From Candidatus Dojkabacteria bacterium (lineage in GTDB: Archaea > Nanobdellota > Nanobdellia > Pacearchaeales > GW2011-AR1): a DNA stretch of 48,062 bases. Below the pieces are notes generated by a model that ran no database searches, was not told the DNA's origin, and was given only the letters and a program-made list of their open reading frames with translations. The stretch is from positions 1 through 48,062 of the forward strand of contig JAFCCB010000004.1 of assembly GCA_017610445.1 (NCBI GenBank), in the 5' to 3' direction. This document shows, piece by piece, positions 17,731 through 26,826 of the stretch; the stretch's first letter is position 1, and the number at the start of each line of letters is the position of its first letter. Position numbers and translations under genes: made by a program.

Positions 17731-19437
17731 ATGCAATATTCAAAACTCTGCGAAACATATGAAGATTTAGAAAAAAATCCAAGCAGATTAAAAAAAACAG
17801 AAATCCTTTCAAAATTTTTTAAACCATTAAAAAAAGAAAAAGATAAACAAATCATTTATCTTCTTCAGGGAAAAGTTTATCCAGATTATGATGAAAGAGA
17901 ATTTGGAATTTCAGAACAGTTATGCATTAAAGCATTAGAAAAATCTTCAGGAGTATCAAAAAAAGAAATAATAAACCACTGGAGAAAAATAGGAGATTTG
18001 GGGAAAGTTGCAGAACAAGTAATTGGAAATAAAAAACAAAATACATTATTCTCTCATAAACTTACAACAGATAAAGTTCTTGACAATTTAAAAAAACTCC
18101 CAGAACTTCAGGGAAAAGGAGCAGTGGACAAAAAATTATCATTAATATCAGAACTGCTGACTTCTGCAACAGGAACAGAAGCAAAATATATTATAAGAAC
18201 ATTAATAGGGCAATTAAGAATTGGTGTTGCATCTGGAACAATAAGAGATAGTATTGTGGAAAGTTGTCTGGAAAAAAATAAAGAAAACACAGAAGCTGTT
18301 CAAGATGCATATAACAAAACAACAGATTTTGCATTAGTTTTTGAAAAAGCCTGTAAAGGAATTAAAGAATTAAAAAAAGTAACTTTATCTCCAGGACATC
18401 CAATAAAAGCCATGCTCGCATTAAAAGCAGATAGTATTGAAGATGGATTTAAAAGAGTTGGAAAACCAGCAATTTTTGAATACAAATATGATGGATTTAG
18501 AATGATTATTAATAAAGATGAAAAAGGAAAAATTAATATTTTTACAAGGAGATTAGATAATGTCACAAATCAATTTCCAGATGTTGTTGAATACATTCAA
18601 AAATATATAAATGCAAAATCATTTATTATAGATTCAGAAGCAGTTGGTTATGACAAAAAAACAAAAAAATACACTCCTTTTCAGGCAGTCTCACAAAGAA
18701 TAAAAAGAAAACATAATATCCAGGAATTAGTTAAAAAACTTCCGATAGAAATTAATGCTTTTGATATTCTTTATTATAATGGAAAAGAATTAATCAGCGA
18801 ACCTTTTGAAAAAAGAACTAAAATTCTAAGAAAATTAATTCAAAATCATAAGTATAAAATAAGAACCGCTCATCAATTAATAACAAGCAGTGAAAAAAAA
18901 GCAGATAAATTTTACAAACAAGCATTAAAAAATAATCAAGAAGGATTAATGATTAAAAACAAAGATTCAAAATATCAGCCAGGAGCAAGGGTTGGGCATA
19001 TGCTAAAACTTAAACCTGCTGAAAATGAATTAGATTTAGTTATTACAGGCGCTGAATATGGAAAAGGAAAAAGAGCAGGCTCATATGCAACATTTACTCT
19101 TTCATGTTTAGATGAAAAAAACAATAAGTTTGTAGAAATAGGAAAATCATCTGGATTAAAAGAAAAACCAGAGTTAGGACTTTCATTCACAGAACTAACA
19201 AAAAAACTCAAACCACTAATCACAAAAGAACATGGAAGAAAAGTAAATATCCAACCAAAAATAGTTGTGACAATTTTGTATCAAAACATCCAGCGCTCTC
19301 CAACCTATAAATCAGGTTTTGCCCTGCGATTTCCAAGAATAACCCAACTTCGTCCAGATAGAAAAGCAGATGATTGCGCAACACTTTCAGAAATCACAAA
19401 AGGTTATAATAGGCATGAATTAAAAATACATTACTAA
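17731..19437 (+). CDS. lig: ATP-dependent DNA ligase
   Basis: Adenylation motif I EYKYDGFR, motifs DSEAV, EGLMIK and LKLK, plus an OB domain; 568 aa. Confidence 0.9.
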   Translation: MQYSKLCETYEDLEKNPSRLKKTEILSKFFKPLKKEKDKQIIYLLQGKVYPDYDEREFGISEQLCIKALEKSSGVSKKEIINHWRKIGDLGKVAEQVIGNKKQNTLFSHKLTTDKVLDNLKKLPELQGKGAVDKKLSLISELLTSATGTEAKYIIRTLIGQLRIGVASGTIRDSIVESCLEKNKENTEAVQDAYNKTTDFALVFEKACKGIKELKKVTLSPGHPIKAMLALKADSIEDGFKRVGKPAIFEYKYDGFRMIINKDEKGKINIFTRRLDNVTNQFPDVVEYIQKYINAKSFIIDSEAVGYDKKTKKYTPFQAVSQRIKRKHNIQELVKKLPIEINAFDILYYNGKELISEPFEKRTKILRKLIQNHKYKIRTAHQLITSSEKKADKFYKQALKNNQEGLMIKNKDSKYQPGARVGHMLKLKPAENELDLVITGAEYGKGKRAGSYATFTLSCLDEKNNKFVEIGKSSGLKEKPELGLSFTELTKKLKPLITKEHGRKVNIQPKIVVTILYQNIQRSPTYKSGFALRFPRITQLRPDRKADDCATLSEITKGYNRHELKIHY

Positions 19438-20324
19438 ATAAAATCCAGCCAATCAGAATATTTTTCATCCTCGTAATGAACAATTTCAAGAAATTTCTTT
19501 CTTATTCTTTCAGCTATCTTTCCTTCTTTAAAAAAAACATCATCCAACTGGGAAATAGGTGTAACTTCTGCAGCAGTTCCAACAAAAAAAAGTTCATCTG
19601 CAGTTTTTAATTCATCCAATGTAATATCTTCTTCTTCAACTTCATAACCCAAATCTTTTGTAACCTTAATAATACTATCTCTTGTAATCCCTGGAAGAAT
19701 TTGCCCTTTTAATTTAGGAGTTTTTATTTTTCCATCCTTAATCATAAAAATATTCTCACCAGGTCCTTCTGCAACATTCCCTTCATAATCTAAAAATAAT
19801 GATTCATCAAAACCCTGTTTTTTTGCTTCTAAACTTCCTAAAATCGAATTAACATAATGCCCGCAAATTTTTTTATCTGCCTTTAATGATTTCGGATGAA
19901 TTCTGATAAAAGAAGAGGTTTTTACTTTAGCAGATTCACCAATATAAGCTGGCCAAGGCCAAACAGCAATAACAACATTTACTTCACAACCTGTCGGGTC
20001 TAAACCCATTTTTCCATAACCATGGAAAATTATCGGACGAATATAACCCTCTTTTAATTTATTAACCCTGACTGTTTCTTTTATTGCATTAATAATCTCT
20101 TCTTGAGAGAAAAAAACTTTCATATCTAATGACTCTGCAGAATTAAAAAATCGTTTAATATGTTCTTTTAATCTGAAAACAACACTTCCTTTTTTTGTTT
20201 TATAAACTCTTATTCCTTCAAAAGCTCCACCCCCATAATGCAGAGAATGAGTTAAAACATGAATTTTTGCATCTTTCCATTTAATCAGTTTTCCATTAAA
20301 CCAAATAAATTCTGTTTCTTGCAT
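19434..20324 (-). CDS. ilvE: branched-chain amino acid aminotransferase (fold type IV PLP enzyme)
   Basis: HYGGGAFEGIRVY, EGPGENIF, LPGITRDSII and FFVGTAAEVTPI match BCAT conserved blocks. Confidence 0.85.
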   Translation of the reverse strand: MQETEFIWFNGKLIKWKDAKIHVLTHSLHYGGGAFEGIRVYKTKKGSVVFRLKEHIKRFFNSAESLDMKVFFSQEEIINAIKETVRVNKLKEGYIRPIIFHGYGKMGLDPTGCEVNVVIAVWPWPAYIGESAKVKTSSFIRIHPKSLKADKKICGHYVNSILGSLEAKKQGFDESLFLDYEGNVAEGPGENIFMIKDGKIKTPKLKGQILPGITRDSIIKVTKDLGYEVEEEDITLDELKTADELFFVGTAAEVTPISQLDDVFFKEGKIAERIRKKFLEIVHYEDEKYSDWLDFI

Positions 20325-20505
20325 ATTTTAAATTAATTACATTACTTTATAAAAATTATTATTACTACCATTCATTAAATGTTATTTCTGCCACAAGAAT
20401 TTTATTCTATATCAAAATCCTTTAATTCTAAATAGAAACCTTTATAAATCAAAACTCCTCTTTTTCATTTATAAACCTTATTATTATCCAAAAGTAACAC
20501 CAAAA

Positions 20506-21069
20506 ATGCCTATTAAAACAAAATCTAAAAATTCTTTAAAAATACAAAATATTGTAGCAACTGCTTCTTTAGGAAAAGATGTTCCATTAACAAAATTAGC
20601 TAAAACAATCCCAACTACAGAATACAATCCAGAACAATTCCCTGGTTTAGTTCTCAGAATTAAAGAGCCAAAATCAGCAGTTTTGGTTTTCTCTTCAGGA
20701 AATCTTGTCTGCACAGGCACAAAATCAATTACACAGGTTAAATTAGTAATCAAACAGGTTATTAAGACACTAAGAAAAATAAATATTAAAATAACAGACA
20801 ATCCAAAAATCACTGTCCAAAATATAGTTGCGTCTGGAAGCATAAATATATCATTAAATCTTAACTTCCTTGCATTAGAATTGGAAAATACAGAATATGA
20901 ACCAGAACAATTCCCAGGATTAGTTTACAAACTTGTCAAGCCCAATGCAACATTCCTCCTTTTCAGCAATGGAAAACTTGTCTGCACAGGAACAAAAAAC
21001 AATCAGCAGTTAAATGACTCAATGATTCAATTAACAAAAAGAATTAAAGAAGCTAATAAAAACAGATAA
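20506..21069 (+). CDS. tbp: TATA-box binding protein
   Basis: Two direct repeats, each with QNIVA...EYNPEQFPGLV...SGKLVCTG-like blocks. Confidence 0.9.
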   Translation: MPIKTKSKNSLKIQNIVATASLGKDVPLTKLAKTIPTTEYNPEQFPGLVLRIKEPKSAVLVFSSGNLVCTGTKSITQVKLVIKQVIKTLRKINIKITDNPKITVQNIVASGSINISLNLNFLALELENTEYEPEQFPGLVYKLVKPNATFLLFSNGKLVCTGTKNNQQLNDSMIQLTKRIKEANKNR

Positions 21070-21116
21070 TTCTAAAACAAGAATCTTTATAAAAAGAACT
21101 TATTTTCAATTCTTAT

Positions 21117-21401
21117 ATGTGTCTTGAAGAAGAATTAAAAGAAAAGGAAATAAAATCTCCAATAACAGGAATATTTCATGACACAAGAGCTTCCATACCC
21201 TATGAAAAAAATAATCTTCAACCCTATGTAAAAATTGGTTCTCATGTTATTCCTGAAGTAATTATTTGTGATGTAGAAGCAATAGGTGTAAGAATACCTA
21301 TTGAAGCAGGAGTATATGGAATAATTAAAGAAAAGTTAATTAAACCTGAAGAAGCAGTAGAGTACAACCAACCGCTTTTCAGAATAAAAACAGATAAATA
21401 A
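21117..21401 (+). CDS. biotinyl/lipoyl-domain-like protein lacking the modifiable lysine
   Basis: SPITGIFH...YVKIGSHV...CDVEAIGVRIPIEAGVYGIIKEKLIKPEEAVEYNQPLFRIK parallels the BCCP C-terminal domain, but EAMKM is replaced by EAIGV. Confidence 0.45.
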   Translation: MCLEEELKEKEIKSPITGIFHDTRASIPYEKNNLQPYVKIGSHVIPEVIICDVEAIGVRIPIEAGVYGIIKEKLIKPEEAVEYNQPLFRIKTDK

Positions 21402-21718
21402 TTATTTCTTATAATTCACCGAATAACCTATTTCTAATATATCTTACAAAACAAATAATTATTTATAAATCAACACATTCTCCTAAATATACAAAAGGAG
21501 AAAATAATAAATACATAAGGCTCACTCACTTCGTTCGCTCGCCTATTTAATAATACTAATACTCTGCAAAATATAATTAGGATATAACATGCTTAAGCTT
21601 TTCAGAACAGAACTTAACCAACACACAATTTAATCAACACACAACAAACTTAAGCTACTCACAACATCGCTTAAGTTTTTGAGAATTTCCAAAATAAGAA
21701 ATTAAATAAAACACAAAC

Positions 21719-23725
21719 ATGCCAAAAAAAATAAATGAAGAACTCATAATTGAAGCAAAATCTTTTTTCTCAACTTACAAAAAAGAGATAGGAGAAAGTA
21801 TAAGAAAAGGCAGGAAAGTTATTTTCATAAATTTTGACAATCTGGCTTCTCACTCGCCGATTTTAGCAGAAGCACTGATAAGCAATCCAGAAGAACTTCT
21901 TCAAATCCTCGAAACTGCATTAGAAGAAACCGGACTGATTAAAAATTCAAGAATAAGATTTAACAATCTTCCTCAAACCCAAAAAGTAAAAATAAGAACA
22001 ATCAGAGCCCATCATTTAAACCAATTAATCTTCTTTGAAGGATTAGTCAGGCAGGCATCAGAAGTTCGTCCACAGGTAATCAACGCTAAATTTGAGTGCC
22101 CAACCTGTGGAACAGTAATATCTGTTCTGCAAATAGACAAAAAATTCAGAGAACCAAGCAGATGCTCATGCGGAAGAAAAGGACAATTCAGATTAATCAA
22201 CAAATCAATGGTAGACGCCCAAAGATTAGTTATTGAAGAATCTTCAGAATCATTATCAGGAGGAGAACAGCCAAGAAGAATATCTGTATTCCTAAAGGAA
22301 GATTTAGTAGAACCTGGAATGGAAGAGCGGACAACACCAGGAAGCAAAGTAAGAATATTAGGAATATTAAAAGAAGTCCCTGTCCCATTGCCTTCAGGAG
22401 CAATCTCAACAAGATTTGACTTGGCAATTGAAGCAAACAACTTAATCCCATTAGAATCAACATATGAAGAATTAGACATTAATGAAGAAGAAGAAAGACA
22501 GATACAAGAATTAGCAGCAGACCCAAAAATATTTGAAAAATTAAGAGACAGCATCGCACCAAGCATTTGGGGTTATAAAGAAATAAAAGAATCTTTAGTC
22601 CTGCAAATGTTCAGCGGTGTAAGAAAAATAAGCCCTGACGGAACAGCATCAAGAGGAGACATCCATCTATTTTTAATGGGAGATCCTGGTGTAGCAAAAA
22701 GCGTGACCCTAAAATTCATCTCAAATATTGCCCCAAAAGGAAGATATGTGGTAGGAATGGGAACAAGTGGAAGAGGAATTACAGCGACAGTTGTCAGAGA
22801 CGAGTTTTTAAAAGGGTGGAGTTTAGAAGCAGGAGCAATGGTTCTTGCTAACAAAGGAGTTGTATGTATTGATGAAATTGAAAAAATGAATGCTGAAGAC
22901 AGAAGTGCAATGCACGAAGCATTAGAACAGCAAACAGTTACAATAAGCAAAGCTAATGTGCAAGCCACACTTTCAGCACAAACCTCTGTTCTTGCAGCAG
23001 GAAATCCAAAATACGGAAGATTTGAGCCATTACAGCCAATTACTCAGCAAATTGATCTCCCACCTGCCCTGCTTAACAGATTTGATTTAATATTTATTTT
23101 AAGAGACCTGCCAAACAAAAAACAGGATGATGCAATTGCAACACATGTTTTAAACATCCAGCAGATGAAAGGAAAAGAAGCAAAAATAAACCGAGAATTA
23201 TTCAAAAAATATGTTGCTTATGCAAAACAAAAAACCAACCCAATACTAACAGATGAAGCAGTAAAAGAAATAAAAGATTTCTATGTAAAATTAAGAGACC
23301 TTCAAACAAAAGGAGATTCAAGTTCAATCCCAATTTCAGCGCGGCAATTACAGGCATTAGTAAGACTCTCAGAAGCGCATGCAAAAACAAGATTAAGCAA
23401 CAAAGTCAAAAAACAAGATGCACAAGTCGCAATCCGTTTGATGAATTATTATTTAATGCAGGTTGGTTACGATGCTGAAACAAAAACATTTGACATAGAC
23501 AGATTTACAACAAACATCAGCTCAAGCCAAAGAAGCAAAATTATCCTTGTAAAAGAAACAATTCAAACTCTTGAAGAAAAATACGGAAAATTAGTTCCTT
23601 TAGATATATTAAAGCAAGAATTAAAAAAAGAAATTTCAGACACAGAATTTGATGAAGCCATACAAAAACTAAAAAAATCAGGAGATATTTTTCAACCTAA
23701 GTCTGGTTTTGTTCAGTTGATTTAA
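21719..23725 (+). CDS. mcm: replicative helicase MCM
   Basis: Zinc finger CPTCG...CSCG, Walker A GDPGVAKS, Walker B CIDEIEKM, arginine finger NRFDLIF, and a C-terminal winged helix. Confidence 0.9.
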   Translation: MPKKINEELIIEAKSFFSTYKKEIGESIRKGRKVIFINFDNLASHSPILAEALISNPEELLQILETALEETGLIKNSRIRFNNLPQTQKVKIRTIRAHHLNQLIFFEGLVRQASEVRPQVINAKFECPTCGTVISVLQIDKKFREPSRCSCGRKGQFRLINKSMVDAQRLVIEESSESLSGGEQPRRISVFLKEDLVEPGMEERTTPGSKVRILGILKEVPVPLPSGAISTRFDLAIEANNLIPLESTYEELDINEEEERQIQELAADPKIFEKLRDSIAPSIWGYKEIKESLVLQMFSGVRKISPDGTASRGDIHLFLMGDPGVAKSVTLKFISNIAPKGRYVVGMGTSGRGITATVVRDEFLKGWSLEAGAMVLANKGVVCIDEIEKMNAEDRSAMHEALEQQTVTISKANVQATLSAQTSVLAAGNPKYGRFEPLQPITQQIDLPPALLNRFDLIFILRDLPNKKQDDAIATHVLNIQQMKGKEAKINRELFKKYVAYAKQKTNPILTDEAVKEIKDFYVKLRDLQTKGDSSSIPISARQLQALVRLSEAHAKTRLSNKVKKQDAQVAIRLMNYYLMQVGYDAETKTFDIDRFTTNISSSQRSKIILVKETIQTLEEKYGKLVPLDILKQELKKEISDTEFDEAIQKLKKSGDIFQPKSGFVQLI

Positions 23726-23838
23726 AAAAAGGTTACTAAACATTCTTTTAAGGGATGTAAATGGAAATAAAGTTCTGTTTCCAGGGTGTTCAACGAAATT
23801 TCTAATTCTCCTAAAGTCTAAAGTAAAACAAAAAATAG

Positions 23839-24029
23839 CTAAAATCTCTCTCAGCCATCCCCCGACCACCCAACTCGAGCCCAAGTCTTGTTATTTATAC
23901 TTTAATTTGTCAAGACTTAAACTCTCGCCCCAGTTACGAGGTGTGCGCCGGTTTTCTCTTCAAGAAAGCAGATAGTTGAAAATCAAAGATTTTCAAGATT
24001 AATAATTTCCCCCAAGAAAAGAGACTCGC
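23839..24029 (-). ncRNA. candidate structured RNA / left arm of a long inverted repeat (family unknown)
   Basis: Visibly GC-richer than its surroundings. The ends pair on the minus strand (GAGUCUCUUUU with GAGAGAGAUUU, needing G-U pairs). A 14-bp helix (23877-23890 with 23911-23924) has 3 U-G pairs only on the minus strand. A 9-bp hairpin lies at 23976-23996. Shares sequence blocks with 26827-26944. Confidence 0.4.
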
Positions 24030-24078
24030 GGTTTTTCTGAATGAAAAACAGCTTACTTAACAAGATTAGAAATTTTAT

Positions 24079-24798
24079 TTACCTATAAAATGTTTTATAA
24101 TAATCTTTTTGAGAGAATCCTAATTCTTTTTGAAGATGATTTACAATTTTAAGAATTGCTCCCTCCTTACCATTTAGATGCTCTTTGATGTATTTATACA
24201 ATTGGGAATCTAATTCTTTTATTCTTGGAAGAATATACTTGGTGTGAGGTTTGTAAGTTCTTTTTGCCTTAAAATATATCTCTATGCAATACCAAAATAA
24301 ATCATTTCTTAGATATTCTTTTTGAGTTTTTTCTATATCTCTATCAAAAGCAACCAATTTATCATATAATTTCCATCCATAATAATATATTTCTTTTTTA
24401 GATAATTTAGAGAGTTTACTTTTAAGCACTTTATTTGCTTCTTCTTTTAATTTTTTGGATATTTCGTATCCATAAATACAATCTGAAAAAAATATTATTT
24501 CTGCTGTTGTTCTTTTAAAAGCATTTTTTTCTTCTTTTAATAATCTTTTAACCCATCTTAAAGGGTTTACAAAAAAGGATACTTTAACATTCCTAATTGT
24601 TTTTACTCCTTTTTTGCCACTTTTGCGGCTCTGGGTTATAATAAATATATCAATATCTGAATTTTTCGATAATTTGTTATTGAAATAAGATCCTGTTATT
24701 AAAGCACAAACAATTTTATTTTCTTTTTTTATTTTCTCTAAGAATTCTTGAGAGATTTTTAGATATTTCTTTTTTAGATTATTCATTTTGTATTTCAC
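24079..24798 (-). CDS. Pol-beta-superfamily nucleotidyltransferase with a helical C-terminal domain
   Basis: ALITGSYFNNKLSKNSDIDIFIIT fits hG[GS]x9-13DhDh. The helical C-terminal half resembles aminoglycoside/lincosamide-type NTase architecture. Overlaps the upstream ORF by 20 nt. Confidence 0.6.
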   Translation of the reverse strand: MKYKMNNLKKKYLKISQEFLEKIKKENKIVCALITGSYFNNKLSKNSDIDIFIITQSRKSGKKGVKTIRNVKVSFFVNPLRWVKRLLKEEKNAFKRTTAEIIFFSDCIYGYEISKKLKEEANKVLKSKLSKLSKKEIYYYGWKLYDKLVAFDRDIEKTQKEYLRNDLFWYCIEIYFKAKRTYKPHTKYILPRIKELDSQLYKYIKEHLNGKEGAILKIVNHLQKELGFSQKDYYKTFYR

Positions 24799-25939
24799 CT
24801 ATCCTTTTTGTAGTTAAGGGGAAGATAGGACTTATAGATTTTATCATTTTAAGATATTCTTCAATATCCTCTTTAGTGGTTTTTTCTCCTCTTTCTATTT
24901 TTTTACTTAATTCATAAATTCTACTTCTAAAAATTTCTATAGCCTCAGAAACTTGCATTGTTTCAATCATTTTTTCTATTTCTTCATTCCCTTCTTGATT
25001 ATCTTGGCGGGATTCATAATGTTTTACAAAATGTTTCGCTAAATTGCAAGCCCTATAAATCATCTTTTTACCTTTTATTAAAGTATCTGGATTTACTTCC
25101 ATATCTTCTAAAGAGTTTGTTGGTAGAAGCGCACAATACCTTAAAACATCTGAATCAATAACAGGATTCCTCACACTTTTTTTAATCTCTTCAATTTTCA
25201 TATTTTCTAATCCTCCTGCCAGATTTAAAAACCCATGAGCACATAAATTGCGCGCAAATGGTTCATCAAAAAGTGTGTTCCAAACTACAAAGGGGATAAA
25301 TGTACCTCTTGGAAGGGTTCTACATCCATCAATACCATAATCTGCCGATTCTTCCGAAAATAATGCAGGACTAACTGCTAAATCAAATATAGGATTTATA
25401 CTTTTAATACTATTAGGAATAGGTGTCGCATGTCTTCTTCTTTTAGAAACAGGATAGAGTCCGGTTAGAGTTTTTGTCAAGTCTAACATTCTTTTTCTTA
25501 AATGCAGAGGATTATATCTTACAGATTCTAAGTGTTCTCTCATCCTGGTTTGAGTATATGTTCTTGATAAATCCAGAAAATATTCTCCATTCTGTTCTAC
25601 AATAAAACCTCTTTGTAGCAATTGCATGAAATGTTTTTGGGAATTTTGTCGGGATTTTTCATCTGTATCTCTATAAGAAGTATATGATTCTTCAATACCA
25701 AAAAAGGATAGTTCTCTTCCCATGCCTTGTTCTGATATTTCTATTTGTTTTTCTAATTCCCCCCTATCTAAATGATTCACTCTTTTTCCTTGATGATTCC
25801 AAGAAGGGTAAAAATATTGTATTTTTTCCCCTTTAGATTGCATATGCCTAGCTATTACATCATTCCATACAACATTTACTCCATGCCCAAAAACTAAGTT
25901 TTGTTTTGAGCTTATTATGGCTGGCGAGTAAAACTTCAT
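24779..25939 (-). CDS. MetRS-like class I aaRS paralog with eroded HIGH and KMSKS motifs
   Basis: Collinear similarity to the MetRS in this window: KFY..., GH, D-IAR...KGE, VSKR/VSRS, FDLAV/FDALI, HGFLNLAGG/HGYLNLGGQ, VLRYCALL/AVRYSLL. It has LVFGH instead of PHIGH, ENMKI instead of KISKS, and no zinc knuckle. Confidence 0.6.
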   Translation of the reverse strand: MKFYSPAIISSKQNLVFGHGVNVVWNDVIARHMQSKGEKIQYFYPSWNHQGKRVNHLDRGELEKQIEISEQGMGRELSFFGIEESYTSYRDTDEKSRQNSQKHFMQLLQRGFIVEQNGEYFLDLSRTYTQTRMREHLESVRYNPLHLRKRMLDLTKTLTGLYPVSKRRRHATPIPNSIKSINPIFDLAVSPALFSEESADYGIDGCRTLPRGTFIPFVVWNTLFDEPFARNLCAHGFLNLAGGLENMKIEEIKKSVRNPVIDSDVLRYCALLPTNSLEDMEVNPDTLIKGKKMIYRACNLAKHFVKHYESRQDNQEGNEEIEKMIETMQVSEAIEIFRSRIYELSKKIERGEKTTKEDIEEYLKMIKSISPIFPLTTKRIGEIQNE

Positions 25940-26023
25940 AAAAATGCATTAATTAGAGGTTTTATAAATTCTTTTGTTTAATTATTTAGTAAAGATTAAA
26001 AACCACCAATCTTTATTAACTGT

Positions 26024-26776
26024 ATGGTTATGCCTATATTAAAATCATATTATGGAAAAATATTTTTTGAGTTTTTAACTCATAAAGATAAACGTGACAC
26101 TATAATCCTCTTAGCCGGATTTCCAGGTTCTAACCAAAAAGACGAAATGATGTACTTTTTTTATGAAAAAGGGTTCAATGTGTTTTTCCCTAGATTTAAA
26201 GGAACTTTTCAAAGCGAAGGAAAATTTCTAGAAACTAATCTTGTTGATGATTTATTATTTTTTATAAAAGAGCTAAAAAAAGTACAGGCTAAAAATCTTT
26301 GGGATATGAGTAAAGTGCATTTTAAAATTGGAAAAATCAATGTGGTCGGAGATAGTTTTAGTGGAGCAATTGCCTGCGGATTATGCGCTTGTTCAGAGGA
26401 TATTTCTAAGATTATTTTGGCTTCTCCAGTATTAGATTATAAAAAACATAATATTGATGGAGACGAACAAGATTTAGATGCTTTAACTTTATTTGTTAAG
26501 AGAGCATATAAGAATCTATATAGGTATTCTTTTAATTCCTTACAGAAAGAAATAAATAAGTTCAAAGAAATTTCTCCTGATTTTTATTTAAAATTGTTGA
26601 ATAAGCCAATCTTATTGTTTCATGACCCCAATGATAGAGCGGTTTCAATAAGACATAGTAAAATTCTCTTTGGAAATATGAAAAATTGCAAGATAATTAA
26701 AACAAATACAGGACATGGGTTTTGCAGGGTATTGGATAAATATTCTAATTTGATTCTTGATTTTCTGAAAGATTAA
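26024..26776 (+). CDS. alpha/beta-fold hydrolase
   Basis: Nucleophile elbow VVGDSFSGAIA (GxSxG), a later HDPNDRAV acid and TGHGF histidine in canonical order. Confidence 0.65.
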   Translation: MVMPILKSYYGKIFFEFLTHKDKRDTIILLAGFPGSNQKDEMMYFFYEKGFNVFFPRFKGTFQSEGKFLETNLVDDLLFFIKELKKVQAKNLWDMSKVHFKIGKINVVGDSFSGAIACGLCACSEDISKIILASPVLDYKKHNIDGDEQDLDALTLFVKRAYKNLYRYSFNSLQKEINKFKEISPDFYLKLLNKPILLFHDPNDRAVSIRHSKILFGNMKNCKIIKTNTGHGFCRVLDKYSNLILDFLKD

Positions 26777-26826
26777 CAATAAACTTTTACAATCTTTACA
26801 TTCTTCTTTTAGAAAAAGATGCAAAA

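Noticed and set aside
21402-21718. Replication origin upstream of mcm (a long AT-rich spacer with short repeats caacacacaa x2 and cttaagc palindromes).
   Set aside because: There is no orc1/cdc6 gene nearby, no recognisable ORB or mini-ORB repeats flanking an unwinding element, and the repeats are very short.
22012-22968. Long antisense ORFs inside mcm (184, 77 and 131 aa). Similar shadow ORFs lie opposite scpB, valS, metG, lig, ftsZ-region genes, gatA, aspS, gatE, gatD, the MFS gene and others in the track.
   Set aside because: Each lies wholly within, and opposite to, a gene with strong motif support. They have low-complexity Leu/Ser/Phe-rich translations typical of antisense frames in AT-rich DNA.
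23678-23884. 68-aa minus-strand ORF spanning the mcm stop and the left repeat arm.
   Set aside because: It overlaps the end of mcm and the structured GC-rich arm. Its Trp/Gly/Arg-rich start reflects the GC island rather than coding.
23839-24029. SRP RNA or RNase P RNA, which are the usual GC islands in AT-rich archaeal genomes.
   Set aside because: I found no helix-8-type GNAR tetraloop with an AGCA loop, no Alu-domain UGUAAY context that fits, and no GGAAAGUC / ACAGAA / GGCUUA RNase P core. The length (about 190 nt) is short, and a second diverged copy at 26827-26944 is not expected for these single-copy RNAs. A covariance-model scan is still needed.
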